64,000 bases of DNA from Neoconidiobolus thromboides FSU 785 (Eukaryota; Fungi; Entomophthoromycota). The first letter of the stretch is position 1; each line of letters begins with the position of its first letter. The stretch lies in contig MU626272.1 in the NCBI GenBank assembly GCA_025603075.1, forward strand, positions 62,001 through 126,000. The letters run 5' to 3'. Under the pieces are notes generated by a model. The model did no database searches. It was given only the letters and a program-made list of their open reading frames with translations, and had not been told where the DNA came from. A program made the position numbers and the translations under genes. Below, in pieces: positions 35,239-46,754 of the stretch.

Positions 35239-36892
35239 TTAAGAAGGTGGTGGGGTGACTATCTTTTTAGGCAATGTTTCTTTAAGCTCTGCAATAGCAT
35301 AGATATAACTAGCTGCTGCTGCAGAACAACGATTAAGTTCAGAAGGGTTTAAAGCTTCCATGCGATCCCCCTTAGTATGATGGTAAACAAAATACCCAGA
35401 ATTATGATAATCTGGTGAATCTGGTTTAATATTAAAGATATGATCTGTAGTAGTAATACCAGCACATGGTATGCCACTTTCGCATAATGGGTCAACATCG
35501 GTAGTACCATTAGCACCTTCAAGGACATTACCAAAGGTAGTGTGATTTAATAATTCAGATCCGATTTGCTTTAGAATAGCACGAGCTTCTGGGAGACCAT
35601 CAAAGCCTAAACCATATGGCGAGAAAGTACCATAATCTGATTCAAATGCCAGTATATGATCTTCAAGTTTGTTCTTATTTCTCTCAAAATAATCAAGGCC
35701 ACCAGCAGATCCAGCTTCTTCATTTGTCCAAAAGATAGCACGGATAGTACGACGTGGCCTTTGAGGAAGTTTAGCTATTTGTCTTAATGCTTCCCATGCA
35801 ATGAAAGCACCAGCTCCATCATCTAAAGCTCCAACACCGACATCCCATGAATCAATATGGCCACTTAAAATTAAAACTTCATTTGGCTTTTCTCTACCTT
35901 TGATTTCAGCAATAACATTACGAATAATAGCTTTGTTTTTTCTGGTACAAGCTTTCATTTTCAATGTGACTACGGGTGGTTTGAAAATGGCTTTATTTTC
36001 AGTAGTGGCAGTTTTGGCTCTTTTTTCGAGCCTAACCAAGTATTCAGCATCTTCTACAGTGACAGATGCACCAGGAATTTTAGAGCGAGACATAGCTCCA
36101 GTATGAGGAGTATTAAGTGAGAAAGGAGTTACTGAGCGAACTAAAGCAGCAATTGCACCTAAAGGAAATCAATATTAATAAATGTGTGTTTTTAATCAAA
36201 AATTGAGTTACCATAAGGTTCAGAAGTTACAGCACACTTTTGACGGGCAGTCGAACCTTTACCATAACTAGTCCAACGAAAGTTACATAATACAATTTTA
36301 TTTCTTAATCCCCCTTTTTCTCCTACTTCTTTAAGCTCTTCCCAAGAGCTGATTGAAACTACCTCCCCAGTGATCCCCTTTTCCGGTGTACCAACTGAAC
36401 GTCCCAAACCAAGAATTTCCAACTTTACATCCCCTCTAGTAGGTGTGTGTAAAATTAAACTTTCTTCTCCACGTACCCAATAATCAGCCTAAAATTTAAT
36501 GTCAATTTATTATAACCAATATTTAAACTAGGGGCTTACTTTTGTTGGCTCTGTATGTACGTCAATGCCATCTTGTTTCAGATTCTTAACAATCCATTTA
36601 ATAGAATCTTCAAGTCCTTTTGAGCCAGTAATACGATGACCATAAAGATCTGTCATTTCTGCTAAACGATCCCATATAAAACTAAACAAGAAAAGTTGAG
36701 TATTTTCTATTATGGCTGAATAAAATAAGCTTACGTTGAGTTATTATCTAAAGCTTTCACTAAGGTATGTACATTTGGCTTAAGATAAGATAAATCTAAC
36801 TTGGCTTGGTCTTGATTTATAATTTGAGAATGGGTTGAAGTTAACAAAGACAATGTCAAACTTAACCAGGTTAGATTTAAGTTAGAGATCAT
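35239..36892 (-). CDS. Carboxypeptidase Q-like M28 metallopeptidase, secreted (paralog 2), 3 introns
   Basis: IWDRLAEMTDLYGHRITGSK, GHIDSWDVGVGALDD, WTNEE, FESD, YHHT. Confidence 0.92.
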
Positions 36893-37581
36893 AATGATGA
36901 TTAAGAGTAAAAATATGAAGTTATAAAAAATTGTAAACCACACTTTTATATTTGAAGACATTGATTTTTGTTTTTATATTGTTTTAAAAAGTGATTTTTT
37001 TAAATGAAGTACAAGAATTACGCCATTTTTAAATCTTCTGACAAATTAAGTGTAGTTGATAGCATTTCATAGGTTTATTTGTAATCATACAAAATTTATT
37101 CAAATTATTTGCTTTTATAGAAATTTCAAAATTTTGAATTTTGTGGTTGATATTTATCTAAGTTTACTATGGCTCAAAGACATAATAAAATCTAATAACA
37201 CATGAGATACATAATTTCATTCTATCAAGCATTAGATTGCCTTAGAGTATAGAAACTTTAAAAATTTAAAAAGTTATTTGCTTTTAGTTCGAATAGCTTA
37301 AGAATTTCTACGATACTTTTAAATGATCTGAAAATAGTATCCACAAGAACTTTGTGATGATTTTTCTAGTTATATTAAATTTCACCTAAATTCTCAAAAG
37401 TTAGGACCCCAATATTTGCCGTAAATAAAATGTTATTATAACATACAAATATAAACAATATAACGTGTTGTGAAATATGTAACTTTAGTATAACAATAGC
37501 CTTTTCCTTTTCTTTTGGTTTTTATGGCCTTTATGTATTAATTTTTATAAAGCAAGTCTAGGTATTGATTTGAAAATTAGG

Positions 37582-37688
37582 ATATGCGAATGTATTTTTA
37601 TGTTTAAGAATTTTACTAACAAATTTTCCGCTCAAACAGCGCTTGAAAGGTGGAAAAAGTAATGAAATCAAAAAAATCATCCCCATAT
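37582..37688 (+). mobile_element. MITE-like family copy
   Basis: ATATGCGAATGTATTTTT...AAAAAATCATCCCCATAT. Confidence 0.85.
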
Positions 37689-38233
37689 ACGGAATATTTA
37701 TTATTTTAATATCAGAAATAATGATATATTGTTAATGAATAGGAAGTTCAGTATCTGATTAAACCATTTAAGCCAAGATTTCGTAATAAACTTGAACTTT
37801 TTCGCTAAGGTTATTCTTTGATTTTTCTTAATTCCTGATGGAATAGCTTTTTATTTAGCCACTTTGTCCGTTTTTTCTACAACACAAAAATGTTAAACAT
37901 TAGTTAAACACTGGGACAAGATAAAACTTATGCTGGTCTTACTCTGATTAAACGTTTGAGCTCTAAAACAGTTGGTAAGCGTAGAATCTTTTGAGATTTT
38001 AAAAAAGTTGAATTTTATTATGTTAAAATATAAAGGTTGTATTTAAAGACATTGTTTTATTATTGTTTAATAGTGTTTCCTTAAAGATTTAGTATGCTGC
38101 TTTTCATCTTAATTTCATCATCTTATTTTTATATAGTTGTAGTAATTTGAAAGCATTTAAATAAAAAAAGAACAAGACTTTAATACAGCTATTTATTTAT
38201 TAATTTGGCAATAAATTTCTATCCAAAACAGTT

Positions 38234-39751
38234 CTATTTATTTTCGTTTTCGTTTTCATCACTATCTTCATTCAAATCCGCTTCTAAACCTTCAATAACA
38301 TGTTCAAATCTCTCTGGCAATAAGTCCTCACAATTTAATTGCTTGTAGGCTTTTACTGCTTCTACTGCTTCCATATGATATTCATTAGCTTGTTTTTCAT
38401 CAGCACTCAAATTACCGAGGTTGATGTAAACTTCAATCAGCTTTAAAAACTCGTATTAATACACATAAGAAAAAATGTTAATGACTTACAAAAGTATAAA
38501 TTTGAGCCAAGGATTGATCGTTATATGACTCATCTTGTTTAACTCTTTCGATACTCTTTTTCAACAATTCGAGTGCTATAAAAGAGTAAGTAAAATTATT
38601 AATAAAATATTCAATCATACCTTGGCTTAAGTTCTCCATTGCAACATTGTTATTCATCTCTGCTTTTAAATCTGGATCATATTCCTCGTCATCTTCTTCC
38701 TCATCTTCTTCCTCATCTTCATCTTCATCTTCATTAGATAATTTTTCCAAATACAAGTTAGTCATAGAAATCAAACAGTTGGAAACACCTAAGCTAGCTT
38801 CCATATCATTTTCACCGACTAGAATATTAATTATGTATAAAAAAAGTTTTTAAAAAATTACTTCTTAAAATTTGTTCATATTTTTCTTTAGCCCATAAAT
38901 TCCATTTTTTACGAGGAAGCCAAAAATCTTGACTATCACCATAGTCTTGTATAAACTCAATACTATTCTTATAATCGTTTATCAAATTGCTAAATTGTCC
39001 TTCTTGATTACTTAATATTTTTTCATAATCTTTACTTAATAAATCTAATAACGAAATGGCTTCACCAATATATGCACTTTCATCCAGCTTGTCGTTTGAG
39101 TTTTCACCCTCATTTTTTTCATCTTCTTCATCTTCAATTTCCATCTCTTCTTTTGATTTAAGTATTATCCTAGCCTTTGTTATATTAATTACTAAACTTT
39201 TAAATTCTGAAATCCTTACCTTTGATAGCAATATTTTAATATGTGTTAAATGAGCTTCATATTTTATATCATCTTTTTCAGTCAGAACCTCTTTACATCT
39301 ATTTATTTTTTCTTCTGCCAAAGTAAGGAACTCCAACTCTTCTGGTTGATCTTGGTACTCCATTGAAGAAAAATGATACAAGGCACAAGCTAAAGCTAAA
39401 TAAAAAGTAGCATCGAAACGTTGTGGTTCTGTCTCGTTAAATTCATGTAATAGCTTATCAGCTTCATTAATAGTAATTTTTATCAAATCTAAAGCTCTTG
39501 CATCATTTTCACCTATAAATTTATCAATTAGCAAGTTATTTCGTTGGGTTCTAGTTCATACCTATGTTTTCTAATGCTGATGCTAAATAGTATGCAATCT
39601 GTTCTTGTTCCGTTACTTCCTCTTGCATTGGAACTAAAACTTCTTCTCCGTTTGAATCCTCTGTTTTGCGCATCCTTTTTTGTTCTGGAGAGTTTTCTTC
39701 CCCTTCTCGCTTTTCTAATTTTGAGGCTATGTCGCTGTTGGATCCACTCAT
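38234..39751 (-). CDS. Ett1/Nro1-like protein (enhancer of translation termination), multi-exon
   Basis: N-terminal NLS-like KRMRK, ITINEADKLL, TFYLALACALYHF, acidic insert, C-terminal YINLGNL. Confidence 0.6.
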
Positions 39752-40368
39752 TATTAAGAATTCAAATTCAAATGAAAGAAGTGGTTTTTGATTTTTAGGA
39801 AATTATATTATAATAAATTGCACAACTTTTGAGTTGTCTAGAAGTAAATTTTTGGTTCTAACTTCCCATTCCAAGCTAATTTTTATTTCTCATGTTGAAA
39901 AATATATATTAAAAAATCTATGAATTAATAAATTTGATGAATTAAATAAAAAGATAATTATCTATCTTTATAATCATTGATACTTATATCTAAGCTATTA
40001 TCGCTTTATATGACTTAATACAACAATCTAATTTGGAGTTATCAATAAGTATTAGTAAAGTAGAATAAAATATATATAATTATATTAGAGTAAAATTTCC
40101 TGTCAAATATTATTAATAAATATTGAGCTATTCTTTTATTAAAAGTTGACTATTAGTATTAAAATTATAGCTTTGTAGCTTATTAAATTTTTTAGTGATT
40201 AATATTAGAAGATTAATTTTTATCAATATTTATTTAAAAAAGCTAAAACACTATAACGAAAAATAAAATGAATAGCTACAATACACTTTATTTCAAATAC
40301 AAAAATTTGTATAAAGCGTTATATTATGATAGGTTTTTAGTATTATTGTATTATTGCGCTTTAGATAG

Positions 40369-40473
40369 ATATGGGGATGTTTTTTCGTGTTTAAGAATTT
40401 TATTAACAATCTTTCCACTCAAATAGCGCTTAAAAATGGAAAAATAATGAAATCAAAAAAAACATCCCCATGT
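40369..40473 (+). mobile_element. MITE-like family copy
   Basis: ATATGGGGATGTTTTTT...AAAAAAAACATCCCCATGT. Confidence 0.85.
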
Positions 40474-40509
40474 CTCCAATCAAAAATAACAAAAATATAA
40501 GCTCAAATA

Positions 40510-41438
40510 CATAATTTTTAACATATCAACTATTGCATGAAATAGTTAGGTACGAATCCAATATAGTACTTTAAACAATTGATTTAACTTTGAGAATACG
40601 CTATTATTTATGAGTACTTTGGATAAATCAGCATCAATAAATGGCAACTCCTTTAAATTTTATATTCCATTAAAAGTTACTATATAATAATCTTGATAAT
40701 GAAGTAACTCAAGTTTTGCATAATGTCTAACTTTATACATATCTCAGTACATTTACAATTTAGATAATTAATAGCCAATTTCTTCAATTCAAAAACTTGT
40801 TTATTTAAGAAATGACTAAACTCTTTATATTAGTATATATATTAGTTAGCCCAAGCGCCTTTAAATTGTCAAACTTATCTAATAACTTTTGAAAATATGA
40901 TACTTCCATATCATGATTAAATTAACTACTAAAGAACTAATAGTTAATGGTAAAATTGGTATTATTGAAGTTTTGAAATAACTATTTAGTATTTAGAAGT
41001 ATATAGCGTAAGTTTTTAAACAACTTCAGCACAAATCTGATTCTCACTTATATATCCTTCAACCGGCATACCATTAGCACTACTAAGATAATAAACGCCT
41101 ATCAATGAAATATTTAAATCATGTTTATTTTTTAAATAGTTATCCAAGTGAATATGTGATTCAACACTATTTAGATATAAAGAAGAATCGATCGGCAAAT
41201 TTTTATATATTTTGAGATTTAAATACTTGATATAATGCCCATATTTTTTATAAATCTAGCACTGGCTTTATTATAAGAAAAAGGCTGCCTTGGAGCCATG
41301 TTTTCCCATAATACCGTTATTATTATTTTTTCCATTTTTTACAACATAGAAGCTGGCTTTACTTTTGTCTGATAAATGATGTAATACATGTTTAACTACA
41401 ATCTTTCCAGGGTTCTCTAGTTTAAATAAACTCTCCAT
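40510..41438 (-). pseudogene. F-box/LRR pseudogene, colinear paralog of 61397-63351
   Basis: MESLFKLENPGKIVVKHVLHHLSD..CCKKWKKIIITVLWE (F-box-like, frameshifted), SLYLNSVESHIHLDNYLKNKHDL, KFDNLKALGLTN; many stops. Confidence 0.65.
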
Positions 41439-42586
41439 TTTTAGATCAAATAAATTACAGAATAAAGTAAAAGATAAAAAAGCTCTGCCTCATATTCAAA
41501 TTAAATACCATTTTTAATAACCAAAACAAAAAATAATGTTATTTGTTGAGTTGAGTTGAGTTGAGGTTAGTGATATTGTTTTAAAAGATTTCCTGTTTTT
41601 ATAAATTTTATACTTAAAAGCAGAGAGAATTTTTGTTAAAAAGTTTCAATGAAAATAGTAAGTACACAATTAGTAATTATCTTTTTTATAGCTATGAAGG
41701 ACCATTTAGTTTATATTCGTTAATTTATAAAAGGTTAGTAAGTGCTCAAAAGTTTAAAATTTTAGAGAAAACCTGCAAAAGCAAGAGAAAAAAATATCAC
41801 TTCTACCCACAACGCTGGCTTCTCCTTACCTTAAAATCTTTACGTCCTAATTGTTCACCATTATCTTTAAACAAACAGCATAGGCTCTCTAAAACTTATC
41901 ACACAATTAGCTTCTTTTTATCCGAACTTAAAGCATCATAGTTATCTTCTAATACTCTCCTCTCCGAAGACCTGTCCCTTTTAATTTTTCTCCGGGTCTT
42001 TTTTGATTTCATTTAATTTTTAATAAAGTCACAACACTCAACAGTATTGGATTTAAAAAATATTTTATACAAATATTCTTTTTAAATTTTTTAAAACTAG
42101 TTAGCTTTACTATTTAAAGATTTTTTCATAACACATTTATTTTGCACACATTTTTATTCCAAAAATAATTTTATACTTTAATTGATTTTTTATTATCAAA
42201 CTATTTTGCTTTAAATAAATGCTTAATATTTAATATATCAAATTAATGTATTTAATATAATATTAATAATTATATTAATATTAGCTAATTATTTATAGAT
42301 TTAATTATTTATAAAGCCAAAAAAATTAATTAAAAATTGAGTTGAGTACGCTTTAACAACGGTCAATAAATTACAATTTTAATAAATTGATGGCAGGTTT
42401 CAATAAATTAAAAAGAGGAAGTTGACTAGTGACTAAATTGAAAATTTGGCTTACCGAAAATTATTTTTTATGTCAAACAATCTCAATCGTTTATAAAAAT
42501 TCAATAATAAAAGCAATCAAAATTTATTTTATATTGATAATTTTATTTTTTCTGATTATAATTTATTTTTCTATTTTATTAAATTG

Positions 42587-43621
42587 ATGTTGATACATAC
42601 ATTATTCTCCGGATCATTATATTTACTTTCTGTACTCCTACTCTTCAATATTCAATTGATTGTGTGTGAGAACGTTGATATCCCAATTGTAGATGTAAAA
42701 GAATGCTCCTTAGTATATAAATATAAAGATGTACATATAATGGGATGTACAGATATGGACAGTGAAGGCTTACCATGGTGTATGCTAAAGAATAGTAAAA
42801 GTAAGCAAACATGGGGATATTGCGATATGAATAGTATAACTGCATATTTTGGAGATGACAATGGTATCAAAAAAGATTGTGATGTGTCTAGTCATATTAA
42901 TGACACAAAATATTTAGTTTATGGTTGCTACTCTAAAGATAATAAGAATTATCAATGTAAGTCCAATGATAAGCCGATCTCATGTTTAATCAAATTAAAT
43001 GATAAGGACTATAAGAGACCTAATGTTAATGCTACAAGTACGGGTACTGTGAATGTTAAGAATAATAAAGGTCCAGATTCCAATTCAATTGAAAAAATAG
43101 AAAATGAAGACTCCAATTCCTTACAAGTTATTTTAATATTATCTATTCTAGGTAGTATTGGACTCATATCGGTTATAGTATTATTTTTCATGGCAAGGAA
43201 AAGAAACCAAAAAGCAAAGAAAGAATTACAAGAATTAAATAATAACATGCATCCTAATGATCAACATTCAAATAAATTAGAGAAATTGAGTTCAATTTCT
43301 ACTTTGATAAACCATAACAATATTATTCCCGCTACAAATGACAACAAACAATATAAGGAATTGATGGTTATATCCACGTATAAACCAACCTTATCCGATG
43401 AACTGATAATAAAACCTGGTGATAAAGTTGTTGTTTATAAGGAATATGATGATGGTTGGTGTCAAGGTGCTAACTTAACTAGGGGTGGTGTCAAAGGTGT
43501 CTTCCCAAAACATTGTGTCGAACCGTTATCAGATTCTTCTTTATCTTCAAATAAGTATAAGGTCACTAAAAGATGCTCGTCAAATATTTATAACTCTCTA
43601 CCTAAATCTGCCAATATTTAA
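42587..43621 (+). CDS. Type I membrane protein: signal peptide, Cys-rich FN2-like ectodomain, TM helix, cytoplasmic SH3
   Basis: C-x13-C-x10-C-x13-C module with WC and WGYC; TM VILILSILGSIGLISVIVLFFM; SH3 YKPTLSDELIIKPGD..DDGWC.G..GVFP. Confidence 0.85.
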   Translation: MLIHTLFSGSLYLLSVLLLFNIQLIVCENVDIPIVDVKECSLVYKYKDVHIMGCTDMDSEGLPWCMLKNSKSKQTWGYCDMNSITAYFGDDNGIKKDCDVSSHINDTKYLVYGCYSKDNKNYQCKSNDKPISCLIKLNDKDYKRPNVNATSTGTVNVKNNKGPDSNSIEKIENEDSNSLQVILILSILGSIGLISVIVLFFMARKRNQKAKKELQELNNNMHPNDQHSNKLEKLSSISTLINHNNIIPATNDNKQYKELMVISTYKPTLSDELIIKPGDKVVVYKEYDDGWCQGANLTRGGVKGVFPKHCVEPLSDSSLSSNKYKVTKRCSSNIYNSLPKSANI

Positions 43622-43822
43622 CTATTCAATATATCACTTTTATATTATTATAAATAAACTATTATTATTTTGATTTGATAAAATTTTAATATTTATACGA
43701 TATATTACAGTTGTACTTTATTTTAAAAAAACAAAGGTTGGAGGTAATAGCAAGAGAAAGAATCAGATACAGGAAATTACGAGAAAAGGGTATTAATAGA
43801 AGGAGAATAAAGCTATTTAATT

Positions 43823-45172
43823 TTATGGTCCTGAAGCTAAATTAGAAATAAAGATTAGTATAAAAAAACATTATATAAAATTAACTTACAATAGAAGTAA
43901 TATTTCTCCCAAAGTGGAATATAATCCTTTAACATGCCTGCGAAGAAGGAAATAAGGAACCTATTGGATGCAAAGTCACTAAATTTGAGCATAAAGATCC
44001 TAAAAAAATTAATATAATGGTTGATAAATTAAATTAAATACTATACTTTGTATAAAGTGCAAAGAAGGGTGATTTCAAAAGGTAATATAATAAAGCATAT
44101 TTTCTTCTCTTTCTTTCTTCAATTTCTAAACTTGATAAATCCTCTTCACCAATTACATCCTTGTTATATTGCTCTTTGAGTTGGAAGCTAATGATTTCTA
44201 AACCCAATGATAATAGCCATGGTTTCCATGATTTATGACCAAATTTATGTAGCATACAAACTAGAAGGATAAATAAAATAATTGAATGTTTATATTGGTC
44301 TTACCATAAATAAAAGGTCTAATAATGTATAACCATTCAGCATATTTGCCAAACGAAAATAGCTTAGAAACTAAACTTTCACTTTTTCTAGCACTGTCCT
44401 TATTTAATACTTTAGATATTAAAAATCCATTGATATTACTTTCTCTAGTTATTGAAGTAATATTTTTATGTTTATATCCTGTTCTTTTTCCTTCCCATAA
44501 CCCTTTATCCGTTGCTTTAGCATTCTCATTTTCATTAGCCATTCTATCTCTTTCTGGGTGTGCAGAAGCTAATAAGGTACGATTTTTGCTTAATTTAAAC
44601 AAAGCTAATTTCAATAACATTCTATGCTCAAAATTTAGATTAGATTATTAAAAAAAAAGAAGTTTACTTGATCAGCTCGATTAATGAAATAAGCTTATAC
44701 TTTCCTTTTTGACCATATCTTTTGATATATAGCATTTCCATCAAAACCTCAGTATATTCTATTAAACTTAACGCATAAGCAAATTGCTTATATAAGTTTG
44801 AAGTTTGAATTAAACTTCTTGTATATCTATTAAATACATTTTTATCATCTCTTTCCGTTTCGTTGTTTTTTGAGTTATCTAATATCTTATCATGGTATAA
44901 GCCAACTAAGTTTAGAAGCGAATATACTGTAATGTTTATATTAGTTCAAATGTTAATGTTTTATAATTCTTTAATTTGACTTACAAGCTTCTGAAGGCAA
45001 CTCTGCATCACTAAATCTACCTTTAAATATCGAATTTTAGTATACAATTGTCCTTTGTCTTTTAATTTATTAGCTTACCAGGTAATATATAAGTTAAAGT
45101 TCTTAACCCATTTTCAATAGCGTTAACCTGTGACTTGTTGGATAAGATAAAAGTTTCATAACGTTCAAACAT
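43823..45172 (-). CDS. PEX16: Peroxisomal membrane protein Pex16, multi-exon
   Basis: YETFILSN.SQVNAIE..LRTLTYILP-GRFSDAE, EWLYIIRPFIY, SWKPWLLSLGLE, LEIEERKRR..LLYYLLKSPFF. Confidence 0.9.
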
Positions 45173-45791
45173 GTTTAATACATTTTCATTTAACTTTAGT
45201 ATTCTAAATTAAAAACTATTATATTTACTTCTTATAACTATTTTGTTACTAAATTACTTATTTATGTTATTCATTACAATAAAATATAAAAAACAAAGAT
45301 GAAAAACTTTAACAATTTATTTTCTTTTATTTTCATTAACCAATAAGTTGGAATTGTGCTGTTTTTAAAAAATCGGGGGTAATCACCAAAAACGCTCCAG
45401 TTGTAAAATGAAGCTCTAGAGTCAATATTTAAAATATTTGATACTAGATAATATAATATGTTATGTTAGTTGATTTATTAAGTCATCTCAGGCAATCAAA
45501 AGTCATCAAATATGTTTGATATTATCATCAATTTTACCTAGCTTGTTTTAATTATAACTTTGGGCAATTACTAATTGTAACATAAAATTAACTGTTATTT
45601 GTCTTTCAGTAACAGTTTGTAGATAGAATCTTATTATTGGTTTTTGATATAAATGTAAAATAAACGAAAAAATATATAAAGTTCAATAAGAAATTATAAT
45701 CATTCAATATAGCAAGCTATATAAGAGAGCGGGGGGTACTTCGAGAAACATATTTTATAACAATTTTTAGACTATTACGAATAAGGGATAC

Positions 45792-46318
45792 ATTTCCACA
45801 AATAGTTTACGCATCCTTATAAAAATTAAGTACACATTAATAAAATAAATTATTACCAATTTCCAAAAGTTTGTCGTCATCTTTAGATAGGAAAAGTAAC
45901 AATTAATTTAGAAAAAAACCCTAAATTTATGTGTAAAATTATGAAAAAATCATTGATTTATTAAAGCTCGAAAGTTAGAACATAATTTGAAAAGCTTAAA
46001 ATTTAATGTAGTATAAAATTTAAAGTGGCTTAAATTTCAAATAAATGTCAAACTCTGATATAGAATAGTTAACAGATCCTTTAAAATCACTTAGAAGGAC
46101 TTTATCAGATGCATCTTAGATCCTTAAAGCTAAAATTTCAGTTTGTAATAATCCTTCTTGGCTTAAAAAATAAAAGCCCAAAAATAAATCAGTTTTTTCT
46201 AAATCAATTACTACTTTTCCTATCTAAAGATGACGACAAACTTTTGGAAATTGGTAATAATTTATTTTATTAATGTGTACTTAATTTTTATAAGGATGCG
46301 TAAACTATTTGTGGAAAT
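45792..46318. repeat. Perfect 107-bp inverted repeat (45792-45898 / 46212-46318) with a 313-bp spacer
   Basis: Checked base by base; the arms extend about 19 bp further inward with 3 mismatches. Confidence 0.93.
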
Positions 46319-46754
46319 AGCATAATTATAGTTATGTAATATTTGGTATATTACAGAATTTATAATTTATTTAAGTGAAAAGCTAAACAGGGATAAGGCT
46401 CATATAATTCTATATTTTTGATTCCAAATCTTGAAATTATCTAAAAGAGGCAAATTCATGTTGTATTCCTATATAATTATCTCATAAAGTTTAATAAATA
46501 GATAAATCAAATAACTTTTTATTTCTAAATGTGATTGAAATTAATCACTCAAAAATTAGCGAATTGTTAAAGCTTACAGCGCATTATGCGTTTTATGAGT
46601 TCAAGGTAAATATCACAAAATTTCAATTTTTATAGTTATGATATTGGTTTTTAGTCATTTAAAATTACTACAATAAAACATAAGCAAAAGTAATAGTATA
46701 AAAACAATCACCTAACAAGTAAATAAGAAATAATTGAAAACCAATTTATAAATT

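Noticed and set aside
41700-42012. Lys/Arg-rich minus-strand reading (MKSKKTRRKIKRDRSSERR…)
   Set aside because: It stops after about 37 codons with further stops downstream and no recognisable homology; possibly a remnant, but unsupported
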